Positions 35,170-43,847 of a stretch of 43,847 bases of DNA are shown here, one piece after another. The DNA comes from Octopus bimaculoides (taxonomy: Eukaryota), in contig NC_068996.1 of NCBI RefSeq assembly GCF_001194135.2, positions 35,735,181 to 35,779,027 of the forward strand, read 5' to 3'. Positions within the stretch are counted from its first letter, which is position 1. Each line of letters opens with the position of its first letter. The translations under genes were made by a program, and so were the position numbers. The notes under the pieces are model-generated. The model was not told where the DNA came from and ran no database searches. It saw nothing but the letters and a program-made list of their open reading frames with translations.

Positions 35170-35640
35170 GATGCTCTTCCGGATGCCAACCATGTTACAG
35201 TGTGGACTGGATTCTTTTGACGTGGCACCAGCACTGGTAACCAAGTGTCTCACAAGACAAAGAGAGGCAGAAATAGGTGTCTTGCTATAGAGGAGATACA
35301 TGGTTACCTAGTGAGAGAGAGAGGGAGAGTGAGATAGGCACAGAAAGAGGATTTGACTGAGGATTGGTGAAACCGGATGGCAACACCAGGCTCCAATCTG
35401 ATTTGGCAGAGTTTCTACAGCTGGATGCCCTTCCTAACGCCAACCACTCAGAGAGTGTAGTGGGTGCTTTTATGTGTCACCCGCACGAAGGCCAGTCAGG
35501 CGGTACTGGCAACGGCCACGCTCAAAATGGTGTATTTTATGTGACACCCGCACAAGAGCCAGTCCAGGGGCACTGGCAACGATCTCGCTCGAAAATCCTA
35601 CGAAGGCCAGTCAAGCGGTACTTGCAACGGCCACATGTTA
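35170..35640 (-). mobile_element. RTE-3'UTR repeat family copies (35364-35640 is young and CpG-rich)
   Basis: Reverse complement of 1-300. Confidence 0.75.
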
Positions 35641-36269
35641 TGTATGTATATATATATATATATATATATATAGGTAAATGATAGGCTTGNNNNNNNNNNN
35701 NNNNNNNNNNNNNNNNNNNNNNNNNNNNNNNNNNNNNNNNNNNNNNNNNNNNNNNNNNNNNNNNNNNNNNNNNNNNNNNNNNNNNNNNNNNNNNNNNNNN
35801 NNNNNNNNNNNNNNNNNNNNNNNNNNNNNNNNNNNNNNNNNNNNNNNNNNNNNNNNNNNNNNNNNNNNNNNNNNNNNNNNNNNNNNNNNNNNNNNNNNNN
35901 NNNNNNNNNNNNNNNNNNNNNNNNNNNNNNNNNNNNNNNNNNNNNNNNNNNNNNNNNNNNNNNNNNNNNNNNNNNNNNNNNNNNNNNNNNNNNNNNNNNN
36001 NNNNNNNNNNNNNNNNNNNNNNNNNNNNNNNNNNNNNNNNNNNNNNNNNNNNNNNNNNNNNNNNNNNNNNNNNNNNNNNNNNNNNNNNNNNNNNNNNNNN
36101 NNNNNNNNNNNNNNNNNNNNNNNNNNNNNNNNNNNNNATATATATGTGTGTGTTTGTGTATATATATATATATGTTATGTATGTATAAAAAAACAATTTG
36201 AAAATCCTACACAATTAGGTGAAAAGCGCTTTATTTAATTGATAAAACATGTGACATTAATAAAAATCT

Positions 36270-36704
36270 GTAAATGTAAGAGTGGAGTGATGAATGCTGA
36301 CCCAAATGTCAAGAAAGGAGACAGAGGTGTCAGAGGTAGTGCAGGAGAAGTGGAGGGCAGGATGGAAGGATTTGACAAAAGAGAGGAACGAGTCTAGATG
36401 TTCGCGGTTGAGTGAGGTGGCACTGATACAGTCGTCAATATAACAGCCATATAGTTTGGGAGTAGGACCAGTGAAACTTGAGAATATTTACATCTCAACA
36501 TACCCAATGAATAGGTTTGCATAGTTGGGGCCCATTCTCGTTCCCATTGGCCACTCCTGAGATTTGCTGGTAGAAATCACCCACGAACGAGAAGCAGTTG
36601 AGTGAAAGGACAAGTTTGGCCAGACGAACGTGTGTGGAGGTGTCGGGAAGTGGGCTGGGTCGGAGGTCAAGGAAATGTTTAAGTGCATGCAGCCCTTTGT
36701 CGTG
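36270..36704 (-). mobile_element. Penelope-like reverse transcriptase fragment
   Basis: HDKGLHALKHFL...LVLSLNCFSFVGDFYQQISGVA/MGTRMGPNYANLFIGYVE...YIDDCI...FHPALHFSC...VSFLDI. Confidence 0.85.
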
Positions 36705-36809
36705 ANNNNNNNNNNNNNNNNNNNNNNNNNNNNNNNNNNNNNNNNNNNNNNNNNNNNNNNNNNNNNNNNNNNNNNNNNNNNNNNNNNNNNNNNNNNNNNN
36801 NNNNNTATG

Positions 36810-36859
<50 letters not shown>

Positions 36860-37051
36860 TTATATTCATATATCACATGTGTGTGTAGACATATAAAGTG
36901 ATGATAATGTATGGATAGAAGTGTTAATTTTTCTATGTGCATATGTATTTCCATTTAGTTGCTCATTTCTTATTCATAACAACAGCTAATATTAGATTTA
37001 TAGAAATTTGACCTCTGAAGCAGAACAATAACCAATCGCTTCAAAAGTAAA

Positions 37052-37084
<33 letters not shown>

Positions 37085-37629
37085 GCTCTCTCGCTCTCTT
37101 CCTCTCTCTCTCTCTCTCTCTCTCATTCACTATGAATTAAGTTTTGTCATGCGCAGTATTATAAAGGTTATCTCCAATGATTTTAACTGTCCTCAAATAA
37201 CTTCAAATGTTATCCATTGATAATGCAAACACTTGTAGAGTTAATGATTATCCAAAACCATTCATGGTTACACATGCCTAAGCCATAACTTTCTGTAATA
37301 ATTTCTACAGCTTTGTAGCTAGTTTTCAATTAGTTATCACCCTCCTCTTACATCCATCAAAAGTCAACTAATGCTTATATATACTACAAGCAATTTATTC
37401 TTCCCTACAATTATGAATAGCCTAACCCAGTGCAAAATTCAGAGTGGACTATCAACTTTTGATATATTTATTCACTTGAAAAAATTCTGTTGAGTTCCAT
37501 ATCAGAAATGCTTGCATTATTTATAATGCACTTTACAAGCCATACTTTATTGTAAATATTTGATTATATTATAAGTATGTTGTCAGCAAGGTGAAAGTTA
37601 GTATCAAATATAGTAATGAATTTAGTGTG

Positions 37630-38555
37630 CAGGTAGGATTTCACTAGGGCTCAGTTGTCAATTCCCTCCTATTTACATTGTTGTCCTAGCCACAACAGAA
37701 GAGTTTAACACTGGTTGCCTGTGTGAGCTCATTTATGCTGATGACCTTGTTCATATAGCTGAGACTAGTAGAATTAGAAATTCCTGGTACCGAATCGAAA
37801 CTTATCAAAGTTTTAGTAAGCAGGAAAAAGGAGAGGATGCTAATTCCTTGAGATAAATGGCTTTATTCAATACATAGGAAAAGTGTAGGTAAGAATTCCA
37901 TACAGCCCAGTGCAAACTATGGACACAAGTGGTGTAGTAGCATCAAAGGTAGGTTAACAGAAAAGTATTCTTTGCATGTGATAGATGTGCAGGAACAATA
38001 AACTCTAAGAACACATGCAAAACAGATTTTCTCAAAAGCTTTGGCAGTTGTAGATAGCTTCTGTGACCTAGGTGAGCTAATTAGCAGTGGAGGAGGATGT
38101 TCTGAAAGCATAGCTGCTAGAATAAGAACTGGCTAGAGAAAGTTAGGAGAACTACCACTTCTGTTAGTAACAAAAGTCTTCTCTCTTAAAGTGAAAGGTA
38201 GATTGTATGATGCTTATGTGTGAACAGTAATGCTACATGGTAGTGAAATGTGGACTGTGCATGCAGAAGACATGCAAAGACTGAAAAGAAATGAAGCTGG
38301 TTTGTTCTATTGAATGTGTAACATCTGTGCATGTGCAGCAAAGTACAATTGTGTTGAAAGAAAAATTGAATGTCAGAAGAATGAGATGTGGTATGCAAGA
38401 GAGAGGTCTGCACTGGTATGGACATGTGATGCATATAGACGAGGACAACTGTATAAAGAAGTGCTGATCACTTAAGTCGATGGAGTTTGTGGAAGAGGGG
38501 AAACCCAGGAAGACATGGGATGAAGTTATGAAGGCTGATCTCAGGACTTTGAAGA
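37630..38555 (+). mobile_element. Degenerate RTE RT region (YADD motif through C-terminus)
   Basis: ELIYADDLV; VVDSFCDLGELISSGGGCSESIAARIRTG; KVKGRLYDAYV*TVMLHGSEMW; VCGRG. Confidence 0.85.
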
Positions 38556-38559
38556 CATG

Positions 38560-39260
38560 ACAAATGACTTGATCAACTTGTATGTGTGCTTGTACCTCTT
38601 TGTCATAACATTGCATGAGAGTCGTAAATAAATGAGTGATATTTTCATACAACTGATGTCCTTGGTTTCCAGCCTTGTGGAAAAACCTGTTTTGTCAGGA
38701 CAAATATTATTTTGTTGGAAACAGGTGAGTGGCTGGCAACAGGAAGGGCATCTAGCTATTGAGAATACCTCAACAAATGCCGTCTGTTCTGTGCAAATAT
38801 GGAAAATAAACGTGGCTGTTACGTGTGTATGTATTGCCACTATCATTTAACATTTAATTTTCTATATTTGCCTGGTCAGAGAGAATTTGTTGAGGCAGAT
38901 TTTCTGCATCTGGATGCCAACCCTCACTCGTTTCCAAGTAAGCTAATATTTCCCCATGTTTTGGCATGTTTTTTTTCACAGAGGAATGGAAATGAATGAC
39001 CTTGCTTATATGATGAAAATTCCCATTTACAACCATCTTATAATGACTAGACAAAGGCATACCCTAACACACATGCACACAAAAACATGCACATCCATGC
39101 ACATGCACAATGAGAGTCTTTTAGTTTCTGTTCATCAGATTCACTTGATTGAACTTGAGGCTATAATTGAAAACACCTGCCCAAGATGCCATACAGTGGG
39201 ACTGAACCCAAGACCATATGGTTGGGAAGCAAGCTTCTCAACCACACAGCCATGCTTGTG
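38560..39260 (-). mobile_element. RTE-3'UTR repeat fragments followed by a SINE head
   Basis: GCAACAGGAAGGGCATCTAGC and GTTGAGGCAGATTTTC motifs. SINE head reverse complement at 39110-39260. Confidence 0.55.
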
Positions 39261-39659
39261 CCTACACACACACACCACCACCACCACCATCACCACCATC
39301 ATCATCATTATTTCTATGTCAACTTTTCCATGCTTGCATGAATTGATTGTAAGCTCTCCAACACAGCATTTCACCAATTATTGCATTCTTTTGTTATTTA
39401 CTTTGTGAGGTTTATAATGTTTGATTTTCTGAGATCAGCCTTCTCCATCTCTGCATGTATCTTTCTTTGTCTTCTTCTTCCATTGGATCCTTCCATATGT
39501 ATCTCCTGGCATTTCTTCATCCTCTGCAGTTGAGGGGCTCCATGTTAAGATCAAAGTACATAGATGAGTAATCCATTTACTTTGGTTGAACAATAATTAA
39601 ACTATGTCAGCTGAAAATTTCAAGAAATAAAATGGTAATATGTTGTACCTGCAAAAGTT

Positions 39660-40090
39660 CCTGTAAAAATATTGCCTTGTATCACGAACATGTACCTGAC
39701 TTTGTGGAATGTCTATGATATCTGATGAACACGAACTTAGCTCTCAGCTTGATTATTTTGAACTATTATTTTGATTATTTGATCGATGATTTTGCAAAGT
39801 GAAAAGTGTGCTGTGTTTGTCTTTGAAAGTTGCCTGGATTATAAAAGTGCTCTTTTATTCATATCTGGAAGTTTTACTTATTGAAGTTTGTAGTAGACCT
39901 AAATAAATTTAACTTGTACTTTTTAAAAATGTTGTTTAGGATAATGTGAAATATTGAACTTCAGATAGAATTAAGTAAAATATAGCTATGAATAAAAGGT
40001 GTGTAGATTATGAATTTTGATTGAAGGGATGGGGCCGCGAAACAAAAAGTTGCAGGGGCCGCTAAAAGTCACGCGATGGAGCTGCCTATT
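39660..40090 (+). mobile_element. hAT transposase C-terminal (dimerisation) remnant and 3' end
   Basis: LCGMSMISDEHELSSQLDY...LIDDFAK resembles the hAT pattern RLxxLxxxSIExExxxxLDxxxxIDDFA. CpG-rich subterminal sequence at ~40030-40085. Confidence 0.5.
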
Positions 40091-40519
40091 AACACAGTGT
40101 TCAGTCTTGCACACTGCAACTAAATTCACTTGTACTTTTAGTTCTTGTCCTTTTGCAGTAACATTACAACACATCCAGTAAGTCATGCTTGCTTCATTTC
40201 TTTCTAACTTCCACACAATTTTTTGCACTCAATGCCTGCATCTCACAACCATGTAGCATCACAGTTCATACACATGCATCATTATGTCTACCATTTTCTC
40301 AGACTGCGAGAGAGAGAGAGAGAGAAAGAGAAAGAATTACCTTGTCAGCTGAAGTAGTAACTTTTTCCACCTTAATATTCTAATTCTGGTAACTTCATTT
40401 TTGGAGTGCCCTCACCCACTACTGATTAGGGCACCTAGGTAACAAGTTATCCATTACTTCTATAGAGCCCTCTGAGCAGTACAAGGAATTTCCTTTACTG
40501 ATACTCTGAGGACTTATTT

Positions 40520-40790
40520 ATCATGTACATCTTCCATAGGTAAAGTCTCCATTCACTGTCAGCCTGCCTTTAATTCTATTACATCTCTTGTGTACCCACA
40601 AATCACATACTATACACTCTATGAAATTTCTGCCTATTCCTTTTCTGTATATTGAGCTCAGCCATTTTACTGATGGTATCAGTCCTTTTCTATCAACTAA
40701 TGGTATCAGTTCTTTTCTAGTCTTCATTACATATACTGAGAAACCTATTAATTCTAAATTGTCAATAATTGTGTGTGTGTGTGGGAAAAG
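40520..40790 (-). mobile_element. RTE fragment with Cys-rich insert
   Basis: SIYRKGIGRNFIECIVCDLWVHKRCNRIKGRLTVNGDFTYGRCT. Confidence 0.7.
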
Positions 40791-41249
40791 CAAACTCTCC
40801 TTCCAGGTTTTTGTCTCTGGAGAGAAGAATGCTCTCTACACATACTGCCCTGAAGAAGGCCAGTCTTGTTGACTTTGAAATAATTGATTGATAGATGTTT
40901 TGAAGCTAGTTACAAACACTCCAAAAAAATAAGGAAGTCTTTCTTACTGTCAGCTATGTAGGACACAAAAAAAAATATTTTGAAGTCATAGAATGCTACA
41001 GAATTCTCAAGTGATATTAACAAGTCTTATATGTCACACAGTTAATGAGCTCTTGAGAATAAAATCTTCAAAATTAGAGAGATACAGATCCTGGCAATGC
41101 CTTGATTGCTTCTGTTTGAAGGTGAGGCCTATGTCTTGGATGGGGGTCAAGAGTTTACCTAAGGATGCAGTGCAGTACAATGATAATGAGAAAGAGAACA
41201 AGTGTTTCTCTCTAAAGGTTCTGTGTTGTTGAGAACTCTTTACGTAGAC

Positions 41250-41507
41250 CTTGGGTTCTCAACCGTGGTCTATATTTGGCCCTTGGGAGTCCATATAAAA
41301 TTTTGTTGTTGAAATTTATCTGCCATAAATTTGTTATATTTTTACAGTTCATGAAATATTTTAACAACTGTTTTTATATAATTCCTTGTAATATTTAATT
41401 ATAAAAATATAAGATTTTTAAGCATCAAATGACTTGGAGGGTCCATCCGAGTAAAGCTGAAATCAAAGGGGTCTATAGATAAAAAGAAAATGCTTGAGAA
41501 ACACTAA
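41250..41507. mobile_element. Old hAT/Charlie-like MITE
   Basis: Degenerate TIRs: TGGGTTCTCAAC at ~41252 and CTTGAGAAACACTA at ~41493. Confidence 0.4.
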
Positions 41508-41511
41508 CATA

Positions 41512-42357
41512 TGAGGTGGTATCAAAAAGTTCCTGGACTACATATGTTTAATAAAACATAACTTAGGTAAATAAGTTTTAACATCACCTCCTTTTAAATA
41601 GTCACCTTGTGTAACAATGCACCAGTCCCAGTGTTCCTACCACTTTTAGAATCTGGCCTTGAAGTCATTTTCTGTAAGCGAGTTAAGGACCTTCTGCAAA
41701 TTGCTCTGGATTTCAACAACGGTGTTAAAACAGTAACCTTTGAGCTGCATTTTCATCTTGGGGAAGAGAGGAAAGTCTGCAGGTGCTAAACAGGTGGATG
41801 CAGAAATGATATCTTGTTGTTTTTGGTGATAAAACTCACAAGTGAGGAGAGCTCCACAGATCTGGTTGCTTTTGTCAAGTGTTCTCCCTTAAATGCTTCA
41901 AAATGTCTCAGTAGAACTCTTGATTGATAGCTAGCCCTGGAGGATGAATTCTCAATGCACAATACCATATTTCTGGTGGTGATGCTTGTGACAGGTTTTC
42001 TAGATTGCTCATCGTCTTCCAAGGATGTTCTACTTTTGAAGTGCCCATATCACTCAAAACATTGCGTATGACCCATTGCCTTGTAGCCATAAGCTTTCTG
42101 AAGCATGCTCAATGTCTCTGTAGCAGACTTCCCAAGTTTAACACAAGATTTCGCATTGGCTCTTTGTTCTTGTCCATGACAAATCATAGACTACAACAAG
42201 TACGTAATCACAAAAACACAAATTTCGTAACTTGCAAAGTAAACACAGCGATGTCGCTCAGCACACTGCAGCATGAAGATCACTGCACATGCACTTGTGT
42301 GCTGCCATATGTTGGTGTGCTATAGAACTAGTCCAGGAACTTTTTGAAACTACCTCG
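41512..42357 (-). mobile_element. Internally deleted mariner with both TIRs and TA TSD
   Basis: TA|TGAGGTGGTATCAAAAAGTTCCTGGACTA ... TAGTCCAGGAACTTTTTGAAACTACCTCG|TA. Minus strand reads LGKSATETLSML...SLEDDEQSRKPVTS...PADFPLFPKMKMQLKG. Confidence 0.9.
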
Positions 42358-42654
42358 TAGACCTGTGCTTTGCACACATCATGTTGATGTTTTTGTACTT
42401 GATGGTGATGTCTTTAACAATCTTATCTGGGATACATTAGTTCATCAAGATATGTAACTTGATATTTCTGTTGACACTATTTATTAAATGCCTGGGAAAA
42501 ATCCAAAATTACAATTGGTACCTGTTGCTTGAAGATTTTAAGCTCTTCTTTAATTCTTCTAATGGCATGAATCCTTTTAATGTTGATCTGATTTAGCAGA
42601 AGTTATTCTGGATCTGCCTTATAAGAGGAATCGAGTGCAGTGTACAAGAGAGGT

Positions 42655-42916
42655 GGCTGTACTAGTATGGACATGTGGTGCATATGGAGTATGACTGCAC
42701 TAGTATGGACATGCAGTGCACATGGAGTATGGCTGCACTATTATGAGCATGCAGTGCATACGGTGTAAGGCTGCACTAGTATGGACATGTGGTGCATATG
42801 GAGTATGGCTGCACTATTATGAGCATGCAGTGCATATGGAGTATGACTGCACTACTATGGACATGTGGTGCATACAGAGTATGGCTGCACTAGTATGGAC
42901 ATGCTGTGTGCATATA
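42655..42916 (+). repeat. 38-bp minisatellite (7 units) inside an RTE remnant (~42620-42990)
   Basis: Unit GGCTGCACTAGTATGGACATGTGGTGCATATGGAGTAT starts at 42655, 42693, 42731, 42769, 42807, 42845 and 42883. Confidence 0.93.
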
Positions 42917-43124
42917 TAGCATGAATGTTGTATAAAGAAGTGCTGAGTATTCCAAGTTAGTGGAACCTGTAGAAGAAACAGATCATGAGTAAGACTTGAA
43001 TGGTTTGTGACAACTTGTCCAGCCCTTGTGAGCATGGAAAACAGATGTAAAAAAAAAATTATTGTGTGTATGTGTATATGCATATGCACACATATGAGTA
43101 TATATATCTTTCTAATTTTTTTAT

Positions 43125-43455
43125 TGTTTGTCATAAGATTGTGGCCATGCTGGGGCACCACTTTAAAGTGTTTAGTTGAACAAATCAGCACTAACCCTTT
43201 TTTGTATTTTTGAAGTCAGATGCTTATTCTGTTGGTCATTCTTTCTTTTTATTTTGCCAAATTGGTTATTTTACAGGGATGTAAACAAAAGAACACCAAT
43301 TGTCAAGTGGTGTTGGGGGACAATCACAAAAACACACATGCACATATTCACATATGATCGGCTTCCACACAACTTCTCTTTTCCAAAATTCACTCACATG
43401 GCATTGGTCATTCTGAGGACTATAGTAGAAGAGATTTGTCCAAGATGTCATGTGG
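43125..43455 (-). mobile_element. tRNA-derived SINE, old copy
   Basis: Reverse complement of the family body. Confidence 0.75.
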
Positions 43456-43469
43456 TGGGTTGACCAAAA

Positions 43470-43835
43470 TTCATGTAGTGTGGTAAGAAGCTTGCTTCCT
43501 AACCACATGGTTCCAGGTACAGTTCCACTGCATGGCACCTTGGGCAAGTGTCTTCTACTATAGCCTCATGCCAACCAAAACCTTGGGAGTGGATTTGGTA
43601 GATGGAAACTGAAAGAAACCCATTGTATATATATTTATGTATATATTTGTGTCTGTGTTTGTCCTCCCACCATCGCTTTACTATCGATGTTGGTGTATTT
43701 ACATCTCCTGTAACTTAGTGGTTTGGCAAAAGGGACCGATAGAATAAGTACTAGGCATACAAAGAATTTGTTCAACTAAAAGCAGTACTCCAGTATGGCC
43801 GCAGTCAAATGATTGAAACAAGTAAAAGAATAAAA
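43470..43835 (+). mobile_element. tRNA-derived SINE, near full length
   Basis: GTGTGGTAAGAAGCTTGC...GGCACCTTGGGCAAGTGTC...ATGATTGAAACAAGTAAAAG. Confidence 0.85.
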
Positions 43836-43847
43836 AGAAGGATTATA

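Larger units (their letters stand above)
6283..43847 (+). other. SPAST: Spastin intron 1 (continues beyond the window as far as I can tell)
   Basis: GT donor at 6283. By eye I found no segment encoding the expected next residues (AxExYxKGIxELExGI). Confidence 0.6.

Overview
AT-rich, microsatellite- and repeat-dense animal genomic DNA with several N gaps. The SINE/LINE repertoire looks like that of an octopod cephalopod; this is inferred from repeat style, not a database hit. I can support only one host coding segment: the first coding exon of a spastin (SPAST) orthologue on the + strand (5877-6282), encoding the N-terminal hydrophobic hairpin and the start of the MIT domain. Its phase-1 first intron appears to run past the window end (>37 kb); I could not find exon 2. 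The rest is layered mobile DNA: tRNA-derived SINEs, RTE, CR1-like and Hero-like LINE remnants, three Penelope-like fragments, Tc1, mariner and hAT remnants, and piggyBac-type and pogo/Tigger-type MITEs. The most notable observations are: (1) a full-length 1.5-kb ORF1-only (HAL1-like) retroelement with a CCHC knuckle and a perfect 15-bp TSD, inserted directly behind the Pol III A-box of a SINE; (2) a strong-Kozak out-of-frame uORF overlapping spastin M1, plus in-frame M90/M91, mirroring the mammalian M1/M87 isoform switch; (3) minimal hammerhead-ribozyme motifs in Penelope terminal repeats; (4) a CpG-retaining island at 20.7-21.15 kb containing a candidate 72-nt poison exon; (5) a 38-bp minisatellite born from an RTE reverse-transcriptase motif.
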